Of a stretch of 64,000 nucleotides of DNA, positions 1-13,212 are shown piece after piece. The first letter of the stretch is position 1, and each line of letters opens with the position of its first letter. The position numbers were made by a program, and so were the translations under genes. The stretch spans positions 49,228,001 through 49,292,000 of the forward strand of contig OX597815.1 in NCBI GenBank assembly GCA_951406725.2, in the 5' to 3' direction. Origin of the DNA: Octopus vulgaris. Its lineage: Eukaryota. Below the pieces are notes generated by a model. It saw only the letters and a list, made by a program, of their open reading frames with translations, searched no databases and was not told the DNA's origin.

Positions 1-194
1 TGTCGAATCTATTCTAACCGATGAGTTACAAGAACCAGTAATAATTCTTTCCACCGTCTCAATTTTTCAGAATTCACATCTAGATAGCCTGAACGATCAC
101 TCCATGCATGAAACTAGGAACAGCTAGAGAATGAATCAAACTTCACACGCAAAAACAAACACACACATACCCACACACGTGTGAATATGTGAGG

Positions 195-240
<46 letters not shown>

Positions 241-893
241 AAATTGAAGTGGGATTTTGTCAAATGGAAACATCTGTGGTATTTTGCTCTGCCTCGGTTG
301 CCTCTTTTATCCCTGGTTGTTGTTACCTATCAGTCTAGTCCAAGGTTGATAGAATAAGTACCAAACGAAATACCAAGGTCGATTTAAAAGACTAAAACCA
401 TTTAAGGCAATATTCTTATCCACAATCCGATAACTGAAACCAGAAAAAAAAGTTTAAAATAAAAATAAAAGAATGTGTGTTTCATACTAAACGAACATTC
501 TCCATATGTTTATTAATGAAGACACATACTGAGGAACTTTCTTTCCCACATAACTCCTTAGACACAGATAAGTAGAATAGATTAAAGATCTGAATCCTGA
601 GGGCTGACAGTTATTTTGATATACTTCATTAAGTATGACTGGCTCAGAAAGAAAGAAGAGGGGAATTTTTATAAAGTCCTTAACTTCTTGGAAAATTCTT
701 ACCTGACAAGAGTAAGCTAATAAGTAAGATTATGAATAAATGTTAAGTATGTGTTTATATTTACAGCTATAAGTGTGTACGAATATATGTCGGTATTGTG
801 TGTGTACCGCTGTACGTATAAAATTGTATGTATGTTTGCATCTTAGTATTTCTTGTAATATATATACATTATGTACACATGCATATACCTAAC

Positions 894-938
<45 letters not shown>

Positions 939-3900
939 ATAAAATGGATGTGTGTATGTATATACACACATGGATTTCTCTATATGTGTATATGCAAATG
1001 ACTGTGGACTGCGAATGTTTTGTTGTTTTAGGAGAAATTTTAAAACTTGTTGACTTTATTCCTCCAAAACATTGGACAAATAAAATATATGTGTTTATGA
1101 GTGCATTTATTGTGTGCAGAGGGAACATGTAATAAAAACGATTTTGGCACGGACCAAAAGTGGCACCGACAATGGTGGTGGATGTGGTGATGATGTTGGA
1201 ACGGTTGAATGTTCATTGTTTATTGCATAGTAGATGGGAACAGATGACCAGTCATCTGTCAGGAACAGAATATCTTAAATTGCGAAAATTACTGGATAAT
1301 ATTTGTTTAACATCTTCATACAGCAGCATTTGGAAGTACTTAGATTGTCTTTCTAAACCGACACTGTCTTCTACCTCCATGTCCTTATCTATGATGGTGC
1401 TGTATGCCGCTCCATTCTCTGGCCCAAAGGCAAAAATCTATTAAGTCTGTCTGTATTTTGACAAAGCTTATCTGTAGATGATATCTTAGTGATTCATTTG
1501 TTAACTGCAGCAGTTCTTAAAATGGTTTGGAGAAGAAGGAAGAGGTGATGTGTATATATTATTGTGGTGGTAGTAGTTGTGAGGGTGATGGCGATAGTGG
1601 TGGAAGAGAGAGAGAGGCAGGAAGCAAGAAATGGAAAAGACAGTCGATCCAAGGAGAGCAGAAAGCACATAGAAGGATAGATAGAATGATGGTGGCCTGA
1701 ATGAAGTGGGACGAATGAAGAGGGAGTGAAGGAGATACAAGACATAGAGAGAGAGATAGAGATTGAATAGAGAGAGGTAGAGAGAGAGGGGGGAGACAAA
1801 AAGAGAGACAGAAGCCAAAATAGAAATAAATAATGTTTGTGATTTGAAGAGAGAAATGACAATATATGTATGTATATGTGTGTGTGTGGCAGGGTGTATA
1901 TCTGTCTATTTCTATGTATGTATGTATGTATGTATGTATGTATGTATGTATGTATGTATGTATGTATGTATGCATGTATATACAGAAAGAGAGAGGCAGA
2001 AGGAGGGAATAGAGATAGAAATGACATCAGATATATACATATGCGTGTGTGTGTGGGTGCATAATCTTAGTCCATATTAATTGCCATAGAGGACTCATCA
2101 GCAGCCTATCTTAGTCAATTTGCTCAAATCCTTTGACCTTTAGCCTCTAACTGATAAATCCCAGCATGCACTCTGCTAAAATGACAGTAAAATCTTTACT
2201 ATAGAATGTAATTTCTTGGCGTGGTGGACCGAAGTGGGTGAAGTCAAAGCCGATGTATTTAGTTTAACAAATAATTTTCAGCAAACTGATATCTGTCAGC
2301 CAGGGATATCCAATTAAATATCTTGTTTATACTATTTGATATACGACTAACATGATAAAGGCCTGTGATATTTTCAGATAAAATGTATTTATTCATTTCT
2401 TTGCATTAAAATGATGCAGAGGAGGAAAAGAAGAAGAAATCTGAAAGGAATTTCATGAGTGTGTATACGTGCTTGTGTAGGTATACATATGCACATGTGT
2501 GTGTGTGTGTGTGTGCGAGCGCACGTGTGTGTGTGTGTGTGTGTAAATATGTGTTTGTCCATGTATATGTGCGTTTATGTCTCTTTGTGTCTGAATACAT
2601 TAGTATGTGTACATGTGTGTATATATATGTATATATGCATGTATATGTGTGTGAGTTGTTATATGTGAGCTTGTATAACCATGGGCCAGTGTGTGTATCT
2701 ATGCAAATGTGTTTGCAAGAGGGGTCCATGTGAGAGAAAGATAGAGAGAGAAAAAAAGATTAAAAAATGAGAGAGGAAGAAAGAGAGAGAAATTTCTGAG
2801 TTGTCCTTTTTAGAAGGATTTTTTTTGGTGTTGTTCAAAACTTTCCTGTATACCTGTGACCCATGCTGGCATAAAAATTTACCATTTTATTACAGCAAAG
2901 ATGGAAATATTATTGATATTCTTCATGTATCTATGCTGTTGCTTCTGGTAGTTAAAGTAATGATGTTGTAAAATAATAGTTTTCTCAGAGAGGCAATAAT
3001 GCCACTGTAGGTGGTTTCCATGTTTAGGGTACCATGGAAGACAATGAAACCATAGTTTTAATTAGACTTAGTTTTATGTGAAAATAATATCATAGATTTT
3101 ATTTTTTAATATTTTGTTTTTTTTCATTCACAAAGATCTGGATTATTTCTCAAGATCTAAAAAAAACAAAACAAAAGCAAGCAAGTATGTTGATATATTG
3201 AAGAATAAAATGACAAGCCTAAACAAAAGTTACCATTAAAATCTGCTTGGTTTACATTATATTATTTTAAGTAGAGTCGCAAAAGAAAGAAGGGTGAAAG
3301 AATAAAATGGTTGACCACAATCAGACCAAAGATGATAAATATTTATTAGCGATAGAGACTGTCTTAATACCAAAGGGTAATATTTATCCCCACTTAAACG
3401 TAGATGTTCTGTTAGAACAAGCTATACTGTGGTAGATACCATGAGAGAAACTCTCATATTGGCTTTTGATGCAAAAGACACTCCTGTTTTTATCTCTAGT
3501 GGGGAGATAAATCCCTGTTATCTCCAGTGCTGAGACCATCAGATCACGTGAATTTGACCTTTCTTGGTCTTGTCAATGATGGTGCTTCAACAAGTAGAGA
3601 TCCATGTGGTTGTTTAGAATTGATTCAGGAATTAATGAACAGTCCTATGGTCAAAGGCATTCCAACCATGACCATCTTAATTTGTTGAATTACATTGGAG
3701 ATTACATGTTGATTACATTGGAGAATGTGCCCTTTATTTTTAGATATGGCAAGGTGTGATTTCAAACAACTATATCTGCTATTTTTTTACAGGTCAAGGG
3801 TCTCTGGAGAGGCACCCTCACTGGGTCACACAAACATAATATACATCCAGTTGTAAAACATATAATCTTATTGAGTGTTATTGTAGCTCTTGATTCTATT

Positions 3901-5962
3901 TTTGATATGGAATATCATCTTAGCACAAACAGTCAACACACATCCTCTCAAAAGCAATTAGTTCCTGGTTTGGCATATGGAATCAACTTTAAATGAAGAT
4001 TATTAAAGATGCCAAATTATATCCATTACAAAGTGAGAGCAATTGGAATTTGAAGGAGTTGACAATTAGGATATTCTCATCTCATCTGTCCATTATCTTC
4101 TGTAGTTTATAAATCTATCTCCACACCAAAGCTGTTGTGCAGTCCTAATTTAGTCATAACTGTGTAGATCCATCATCAAAGACATTCCAACCTGATTGAG
4201 AGAGATTAAGCTGCTATTTTTCAGAGAGCCGAAGACCATGTAGAGGTTTTCTGCATTCATTGCTTTTATTGCAGGTACAAATCTTCCTGAGTTCTCTACA
4301 ATAACTTTTCCTGTTTCAAAATTAATAAAACTAACAAACTGTAATTTAGAAAGCTACAGTAATACCACCCAGGAAAGATTAAACTCAATTAATTACAAGG
4401 ATTAAACTTTTATCATAAAACATCTATTGTTCCTGACTTGAACTCAAGACCAAGAATTTTGAGGGGAATAGTATAATCAATGACAACGACCCCAAAACCA
4501 GACTGGTACTTAACTTCATAAGTCACGGAGATTTATCTCCCCACCTGCAATATAAACAAAGACAAGGCATTTTTTCCAGTGCTCAAATGATTTTGCCCAC
4601 TTGCGCCCCATTCCAAAGAGTGGGAACAACAATATGCTTGATTTTTGTTGTAGTTTCAGTCAGTAAGTATGTAACAGTAAAACCAGGTAGTGGGAATACC
4701 CTGCAGTGATAAATTATGTTGCATGACATATCTCTAAGAGATTTTATGTCAAAAATATGTCAGTAGATAGAGTTAATTCCACATTTGTGCATGGAAGGAC
4801 TAAGTTCAAAATTTGTCTTATACAATGTGAATATTGGTTAAATTAACCAACAGGCTTCATTTAAATCTTGCTGGTTTTTGTTGCAGTTCCAGTTAGTATG
4901 TATCAATAAGACCGTGTAGTATGAAGAAAGGGGAGTAATAAGTTATATTGCATGGCATATATAGTATTTTTGAAATTTTATTTCTGTTATCAGTGTGCAG
5001 AAGGATTGGGTTCAAAGTTTGTGTTATATAGGGTACAATGAATGTTGGTTAGATTAACCTATGGGCTTGATTTAAATCTGTTGGTTTTTAATGCATGGTC
5101 TATGTTGTCTGCTAAGGATAGCATCTTTGATCTGCAAATCTTTATCTAAAACTGTAATTCATACGATAGCTGGTATTTGATATTAGAGCTTCTGGTTTAT
5201 TGTTCATGTAACTCAACTGAACTTGTGTAAAACAATAGTATCAGTCAATGTCTTGGGATTCAGTCACCAGATGTTATAAACATTTATAAAGAATACCTAA
5301 TTTTTCTACTAATAATTCCATTATGTAAAATTGTTGTTTAGATTTCTCACTATTAAAGAATAAAAGACTTGATGTTGGTGAGATTAACTGGTGTGCATTT
5401 CATGGGTGAGGGTGTGTGTGTGTTAATTCTTTTGTCACTTACTTTTCCAATCAAGCAGGGGTCATAATAAACTTATTAAGGGCAATTTTATACAGCTGGA
5501 TGCTCTTCCTGCTACAAACACTCAATTCTTCCCAAGTAAAGTGATAATTCTTCTAGTCCTTTAAGCAATGCAAAAATCAATACCTGAATATGCTTTTGTA
5601 TTTGTGGCAGAATATAAGCAATGACCAACAGCGCCATTCTTTTCAAGCAATGCAAGAAAAAATTCATATATATATACACACATACACACACACACACACG
5701 CTCGCGCGCGCACACATGCACACACATACATATCTTTTTGGTCCGTCATTAACAACTATAACTGACTCCATGGATCAATCAGATAGCAGGATCATCAGAT
5801 CACCGACTTGTTGGTACCACTTGTCAGAGGGGATATATTTGATCTATATATAGATATTCTAGCCTGACAGAGGGAGATTTGGCCACTATTCCTCATATAT
5901 ATATATATTGTTTTTGGATTTGGCTTGCAAGATTCTTATGTGAGTTCGTGTGTTGAAGTATA

Positions 5963-6611
5963 TTCTGTTGTGTCTGGGTTCAGTCATTCTCTTTTGGTGC
6001 CTTATAATTTAACACACTCAGCAGTAAAATTTCTGCTTACTCTCTCTTACTCTCTTACTTGTTTCAGTCATTTGACTGCGGCCATGCTGGAGCACCGCCT
6101 TTTTAGTACTTATTCTATCGGTCTCTTTTTGCCGAACCGCTAAGTGACGGGGACGTAAACACACCAGCATCGGTTGTCAAGCAATGCTAGGGGTACAAAC
6201 ACAAACACACACACACACATATATATATATACATATATACGACAGGCTTCTTTCAGTTTCCGTCTACCAAATCCACTCACAAGGCATTGGTCAGCCCGGG
6301 GCTATAGCAGAAGACACTTGCCCAAGATGCCACGCAGTGGGACTGAACCCGCAACCATGTGGTTGGTTAGCAAGCTATTTCTTCTTTTTTTTATTTTTTT
6401 CAAATTTTCGTTGCATCTTGCATTCTTTTCAATAGTTTTGACTTTGTCCGTTACTCTGAGTAATGGACAGAGTCAAAACTATTGAAAAGGTTGCAAGATG
6501 CAATGAAAATTTTGGAAAAATAGAAAAAAATAAGAAATAAGCGGAAATTTTACCAGTGAGTGTGTTAAATTATAAGGCACCAAAAGAGACTAACTCTCCC
6601 CAAACACAACA

Positions 6612-6612
<1 letters not shown>
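5963..6612. repeat. near-spacerless palindrome (~155-bp arms) with a SINE inserted in the left arm
   Basis: Centre TTACTC-T-GAGTAA at 6457. 6376-6456 pairs with 6458-6540, and 5963-6039 pairs with 6540-6612. Confidence 0.85.
6040..6377 (-). mobile_element. SINE family A, slightly 5'-truncated
   Basis: Reverse complement of the family A sequence. Confidence 0.88.
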
Positions 6613-6670
<58 letters not shown>

Positions 6671-6869
6671 AATGTATATATAAACCGATACTGGTGTGTT
6701 TACTTCCCCATAACTTAGTGGTTCGGCAAAAGAGACCGATAGAATAAGTACTAGGCTTACAAAGAATAAGTCTTGGGGTCGATTTGCTCAACTAAAATGG
6801 GTTTTCAAGGGGGATATTCAAAGAACATAACACTAATACTTCATGTAAAATAAATATAACAAATGAAAA

Positions 6870-7063
6870 ATCCTTCAAGAATCCATAAAAAATCCCAGGA
6901 TCACTACCAAAATTTATCATCTGTTCCTTGTGTCATTACCAACTTTTCCTGCAAGTTTCATCAAATGTTGTTCACAACTTTTTGAGTTATTTTGCATGAA
7001 GACGGACAGACAGACAAATCAACACCAATGAAAACATAACCTCCTTCCTTGGGGGAGGTAATA
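6870..7063 (+). mobile_element. Helentron/HINE-like non-autonomous element 3' part
   Basis: AAGTTTCATCAAA...GACAGACAGACA...AAAACATA followed by subterminal hairpin ACCTCC-TTCCTTGGG-GGAGGT and AAT. Confidence 0.5.
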
Positions 7064-8220
7064 AACAACATCTTCCCTCTTACTGTTTTGTTTCGTTTTG
7101 AAAAATAAAAATTTATTCTATGGTTTGTTGCTGTTTATATTTTGAATTAGATAATTTTTTTATGGGGATACCAAAAGGTTTTAAGTTCTTAGGGCCTCAA
7201 TGGGTCTTAATCCAGCCCTGTATGATGGATGACCAAACATCCATCACCATAGGACTTCATAAAATACAAAACAGACCAGAAAATTTAATCATACTGGGAC
7301 ATACATACACATACAACATCTTACAGTTTCTGTCAACCAATTCTCCTCACATGGAAATGGTCAACTCAGTACCATAGATAGACACATAACCATATGACAT
7401 GAAAACACCCTCTTGTGCACATGTACTCCCCACACAAACATGTATATATGTATCATTTAACATACACAATTTTAAATAAGAACCATGCCATAGAGACACA
7501 AGGCACATTATATAAATCTGCTGAATTATCGTGTCTCCATGGAATGAAACTATTAGCAGATCTTATTTAATTACTTTGTGCATTAAATATTTATCTTATA
7601 CTAGACGGAATACTTTCTTTTGTTGATCCTACCCATAACAGAACGGTAAATTATGTATATATGTATTCTAAACTTTTCTCATGTCACTGACAAACAATTA
7701 AATAATAGTAATAATAATGTGTCTAGGGATTAGTGAGTAGTGATAATAAACAATCAAATAATAGTAATGATAATGTCTAGTGATTAGTGTTTAGCAATTA
7801 ATGATCAGAACTGGTTACAGTGTTACACAAAGATTGACTAATAAATGGGTTGTTGTTGTTATGGAGTGGTTTGTTTGTGACTTTCTTCAGTATAGTGTGC
7901 AAGTATTGTTTGGTAAGTCAATTAGTCATTAAAAACTTTGAAATGAAAATGTCAAGTAGTTGATGTAAGAAGTGGTGATTTGGTGTGGCAACGGAGGCAG
8001 GAGACATTTTCACACCACTGACTTGGAAATAAAGGCTAAGTCTGTCATCTGCAACTAACAATGTTAAGGAGACAGACAAGAATGGCTTGAAGCCAGCATT
8101 CCAGGCAGTTAACATATGTTGAAGTTTAGCAAAATGTCAAGATAACTATTTCCAAAGAAGCTGTGCAAAGGTATCTCTTTGGCTAGGCATTCATTTAAAT
8201 TTTTGATGTTGCAAAAGTTT

Positions 8221-8252
<32 letters not shown>

Positions 8253-8568
8253 GTGTGTTTGTGTGTGTGATCGTGTATTTGCAAGTGTATATATTATTGT
8301 GTTTGCATGTGTAAGTGTGTGTATGCATGATAGTGTATTTGTGTGTGTGTGTGTGTGTATTTGTGTGTGTGTGTGTTGATTCTGTGTGTGTATGATTGTG
8401 TGTGTGTATAAATCTATGTGTGCATGTATTTCTCTATGTGAGGGTGTAATGCATGTGTGTTAGTGTGTATGTGCATATGAATTTATGCGTGTGCATGTAT
8501 TTCTTTATTACACTTCTTTATGTAAGGGCCTTTAAACATGTGTGTATGAGTGCATGTGTGTGTATGCT

Positions 8569-8611
<43 letters not shown>

Positions 8612-8764
8612 CAGACTGTTTGTGTAAGTTTGAATATGTGTGCTTGTATCTAAAGGAAAGAGAGGGACTAACGGACAGAGACAGACAGAGAAGTAGTGAG
8701 ACAAAATAGAGGAAGAGTGAAATAGAATGTGAGATAGGCATAGAAATAAAAAAGAAAGCAGCAA

Positions 8765-8809
<45 letters not shown>

Positions 8810-9211
8810 TTCAAGTGAAAGGAATGGCAAGAGAATATTCAGTGGCATGGTGGAGGGGATTATATTTGTCTCAATATTAGAGATTTTGATGGATTTAGAG
8901 AGTTTCAATTATTCATTTACCCTTTGCTTTTATCTGTTTCAGTCATTGGACTGTGGCCATGCTGGGGCATGATCTTGAAGGGTTTTTAGTCATACAAATT
9001 GATCCCGGTCTCCTTCACCAAACTGTTAAGTTACAAGGATGTCAGCAAAAATGATACCAATTGTCAACTAGTGGTGGGACACACACACATACACACACAC
9101 ACACACACAGGGAAATCAAAAACAAAAACAAAAACAAACAAAGTCAAAAGGACATACCCAGCGAATGTGCTAGGTTGACACTCAGTTTAAAATGGAATAA
9201 AAGAGGTAAGG

Positions 9212-9244
9212 TTTAACATTTTGAGCATAACTCTTCATTAGAAA
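9212..9244 (-). ncRNA. decayed minimal hammerhead-like motif (family H4)
   Basis: Reverse complement TTT CTAATGA A GAG TTATG CTC AAAA TGTT AAA, three transitions away from TTT CTGATGA A GAG..CTC GAAACGTT AAA. Confidence 0.4.
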
Positions 9245-10791
9245 GAGGAAAGTGCCAGACTGGATAGAAGGAAAAGAATAGTCCAAGAAAAGAGATGTGT
9301 ATGGTTATGATGTGCTTCCATCAAGTTTCTGTTGACCAAATTCACTCACAAGGTATTGGTTGGCCTGGTGCCTCAGTACAAAACACTTACCCAAGGAATC
9401 TAATATTAATAATCCACTGGTGATATAATTTTGAATCTGCTTGTGAAAGCTTCCTTCATAGAAACTGCCTAGTCTTTGACCAACTATTCTCTGTTACCAG
9501 AATCCATCTTAGTGACTAGAAAAACCTTATTTTCAACATCATATTCCTTCCTGTTCTATTTCAAATATTCAACATCAGACAACATTACTTTCATATAGTC
9601 ACCTCACAATGCAACTTTTATGTGTCCCAGCCAACAAATCAGCCCCTTTGTGATTTTCAATCTGCTAGAAGTAGCAGCCAATTTTCTCTTAAATCACGTA
9701 TTATTTGGCATTAACAAAAAAAAAATGATAATATCTAGGACTAAATTAGGTAATGTATCTTAAGTACACAATGCCAAATAAAGAAGACAATAGGATGGTC
9801 ACAGCTAGAATGCTTGTAAAATATACATCTGCTCTTTGAGGACTGGGGTTGTTTTGCTCAATTAAACCCTTCAAAGATATATACACTCTCTGATGGCATT
9901 TCCTTATATTTTTAATTTGGGGAAACTCTTGAAGTACTTTCTATATTTCAAAGAACCTCTATGTAAATAATTACAGAGCTTTATTAAACTTTCATTGTCT
10001 CTTTCACAAAGTTAAGTTTAAAAGGGACGAAACCAATCCATAAAACTGTCTTTGAAAGGTTTGCCAGTACTTAATTCATCAGATGATATCGAGAAGATTT
10101 AAGATACTTTAACTTAATCAAGAACATAGTTTAAATGTTTAAACCAAATTCTCATCCAAATCTCTATAAAGACATCATTTTCACCATAGGGTCACTTTTC
10201 TATTTACAAACAACAGGACTTCTCTACCTTAGAGAATATATTGTGCATATATATAAAAAGAATTAACAACTACAGAAATAATCAAAGAAATATTCAAAAA
10301 TGAATCTGCATACAGTTAATCTGCTTATTGTTATTTCTCACCAAACCCCTAGTGACCACAATCCCTAATACCTCTCACAAAACTCTTGGATTACAGGAAA
10401 TTCTATACAGAATATGTTGTTTTATCTCCCTCTTCATGAAATTTTGTATTGCCTTAATAACATTGTGTTAATATATATTTTCAGATATATTAATTTGACT
10501 GACATTTTCTATATCTAAATATGTTGACTCAACAGACGATTGTTGGTAATGTATGGTGTAATCACCAATTAAAGAAGAGATTTTCTCCCTTCTTATTCTT
10601 GTTGACTTATACTCTGAATTTCTGGAAATTCTTCTAAGTGATATTTGGATTTACTTGTATATGAGGAATTACCTTGAATAGTCATTCTACTTGCATTTAT
10701 TGGTGTCTGATTGTTGGATACAGTTAACCAAATTCGTTTAACACTGAGTACTTTACTGATATCTGCATGGATTTTTTTAATGCATTTTACT

Positions 10792-10831
<40 letters not shown>

Positions 10832-10857
10832 CAATACTTTTTGCAAAATTGTCGCAG

Positions 10858-10899
10858 AACTGTTATTCAGAGTTTCACATCCCCATTCGTCGGACAGTT
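10858..10899 (-). ncRNA. degenerate hammerhead motif (family H2, left arm)
   Basis: Reverse complement AACTGT CCGACGA ATG GGGA TGT GAAA CTCTGAA TA ACAGTT. Confidence 0.55.
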
Positions 10900-10922
10900 G
10901 TGATGAAAACTGCTTTCATCAC

Positions 10923-10964
10923 AACTGTCTGATGAACAAGAACATGAAACTCTGAGTAACAGTT
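10923..10964 (+). ncRNA. minimal type-I hammerhead ribozyme motif (family H2)
   Basis: AACTGT CTGATGA ACA AGAA CAT GAAA CTC T GAG TA ACAGTT. Stem I is 6 bp, stem III CTC/GAG, GUA site. Stem II ACG/CGT is restored by comparing the two arms (CpG decay). Confidence 0.7.
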
Positions 10965-11069
10965 CTGTGATAATTTTGCAGCTTTAATAAAAAGTATATT
11001 ACTCTGCTTTTGGTATTTGAGTACTATTTTTTCCACCTTGTTTTGCACTTATGTGCTTACCTTTGTGCA

Positions 11070-11347
11070 TAAAGGGTAAAGGTCCCCTTTGGTCATGAAT
11101 GACCATGGGAATGTACCTAAAAAGCTCCCCTTTGAGGCACAAGTCTGGGCAAGGTTGTTTATTAAAGGCCAACAGTCACCCATGCCTCCCTCTCCGTGCC
11201 ACTGATGTTATATCCAAGAGAAAGCTTGACACCAGTGATATCATGGCTCATTTCTACAACTGAGTGAACTGAAGCAAACTGGGAATCAAACTCAATACCT
11301 CATGATAGTGAGCCTGGTGCTCTAACCACTGAGCCATGCACCCTCAC
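11070..11347 (-). mobile_element. tRNA-derived SINE family D
   Basis: Head GTGAGGGTGCATGGCTCAGTGGTTAGAGC...GAGTTTGATTCCC; tail ACCTTTACCCTTTA; ACCTTTGTG near both ends. Confidence 0.8.
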
Positions 11348-11350
11348 CTT

Positions 11351-11382
<32 letters not shown>

Positions 11383-11528
11383 CATACACGGTCACATAGA
11401 CATATCTATATGTATACACATGCATACATATACACATACACACATATATATATATACACATTCACACATACATACACACACACACACACACATATATATA
11501 CATACATAGCTATCTCCCTCTTTCTGTT

Positions 11529-11609
<81 letters not shown>

Positions 11610-12258
11610 TTTAGTTGTGATGCAGTAGCAAAGAATTACCTTAAAACATGCCAAGTAGTATATGTTGTTTTGTTTATGATAATTTTTACATTGTTCGAAA
11701 GAGCTAGAAACCACGAGACTAATTATAAAAGAACCAGTCCAGTCCAGTTTAGTTCAGACTGCATAAAATATTTGGGTCACTCATTGCCCAATTTGATACA
11801 ATATCAATTGCTGTTGGTCATTGTTATTGTTGATCTTTAAGCCAAGACCAACCCAGATCAAGCAAAACTATGGTCAATCAAATGCATTCCAGCTATAACC
11901 ATTCATCGTTCTTTTTTCTTTTTTTTTGTATGTGTATTTGTGTAGGGTAGGACCAAATGGTTGAATGTCTCCTTCTGTGTTTAAAAAGGGAGGTAAGACA
12001 TGTCAAACTAAGTAAAAGCAGGGTCATACATACAGTCACGTTCCCTTTCCCTCGCGCACACATACACACATATAAATTCTCATCTCCAGCAAAAACTCCC
12101 CTACAACCTATTTTTCCAACATCCCCACCACCCACTGCAGGCTCCTCCACTCTCCCTCACATGCTTATTCACATGCGCTCTGTGTCCTCACATATCTACC
12201 TCCTAGTCACTCCAATTCCTCTCGTCATCACTTGCAATCCCTAAACATCTCCTATCAC

Positions 12259-12443
12259 AGTTCTATATTTAAGAGATGAGGAATTATGTACATTATTTAC
12301 ATTTGATGGATATTTGTCCTCATCTTGTTTGTTGTTAACACAACATTTCGGCTGATATACCCTCCAGCCTTCATCAGGTGTTTTGGGGAAATTTCGAATC
12401 TGGGTACTCATTCCTAAGGTATTTTTTGATGTTGTTATTATTA

Positions 12444-12492
<49 letters not shown>

Positions 12493-12587
12493 CATTATTA
12501 TTGTTCAGGTCACTGCTTGGAATTGAACTTGGAAACTTGGGGTTAGTAGCCCACAATCTTAACCACTATGCCATATGCCTGTGGGCA
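12259..12587 (-). mobile_element. tRNA-headed, hammerhead-ribozyme-containing SINE-like element (family H1), monomer
   Basis: On the minus strand: GCCCACAGGCATA, then A-box-like TGGCATAGTGG, GGGCTACTAACCC and B-box-like AGTTCAATTCC, then (AAT)n, then a ~165-bp tail with the hammerhead motif. Flanked by 9-bp direct repeat TCCTATCAC (12250-12258 / 12588-12596). Confidence 0.85.
12337..12382 (-). ncRNA. minimal type-I hammerhead ribozyme motif (family H1)
   Basis: Reverse complement reads AACAC CTGATGA A GGCTG GAGGGTATAT CAGCC GAAA TGTT GTGTT. Stem I AACAC/GTGTT, stem II GGCTG/CAGCC; stem III is ATGT here versus ACGT in other copies. Confidence 0.7.
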
Positions 12588-12866
12588 TCCTATCACTCTA
12601 ATGGAACACCCACCTCTAGCCCTTCTATACTACTTATGCTCCCCCACCCACTGTTCCCTATATGTAGGCCCTCTCTCTCATTCTGACTTTCTCTTTATCT
12701 TTCTTGTTAACCATTCTTTCCTACCTTGTCCTACTGTAGTTGGTCAGTATCTCTTCTATAGTAAAACATCTATCTCTATCCCTCTATCATACTCCAACCT
12801 CTCACCTAGAACACAGCCACCTCCCCCAGTTCCACTCTCCCTCTCAGCTGAGTGGTCTTTGTCTTG

Positions 12867-13212
12867 CAGGCTACTTGGCAACCCTATGGATGTTGGTGCC
12901 ACATAAAAAGCATCTGTGCTGGTGCCAAGTAAAAAGCACTGGTGATGGGGACACATAAAAGTCACTCATGCTGGTGCCACATAGACAGCATCCATGTTGA
13001 TGCTGCACAAAAGCACCCAGTACACTTTGTAAGGTGGTTGGAATTAGGAAGAGCATCCAGCCATAGATACCATGACAAAACTGATCATACACTTGGAGCG
13101 TGGTGCAGCTCCCCAACTTGCCAACTCCTGTCAAACTATCCATCCCATGCCAGCATGGAAAACGGATGTTAAATGATGATGAGGATGATGGTAAGGATGA
13201 TGATGATGATGA
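12867..13212 (+). mobile_element. retroposon family C (GATGAT tail)
   Basis: Tandem GGTGCCAC..AAAAGCAC subrepeats, GGTTGG..TTAGGAAG.GCATCC domain, CCCATGCCAGCATGGAAAACGGA.GTTAAA(TGA)n tail. Further copies at 28080-28285(+), 37522-37737(+), 58925-59072(+), 59102-59290(-). Confidence 0.8.

Larger units (their letters stand above)
10840..10980. repeat. inverted repeat (~65-bp arms) with a hammerhead motif in each arm (family H2)
   Basis: TGCAAAATTGTCGCAGAACTGTT...GTTGTGATGAAA / TTTCATCACAAC...AACAGTTCTGTGATAATTTTGCA, with a ~5-nt loop near 10910. Confidence 0.85.

Noticed and set aside
1160-1444. 94-aa ORF in complex sequence, plus a minus-strand CAG|GTAAGA donor-like site near 703
   Set aside because: No recognisable homology in either direction. 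It could be a UTR exon of a host gene but cannot be supported without RNA data.
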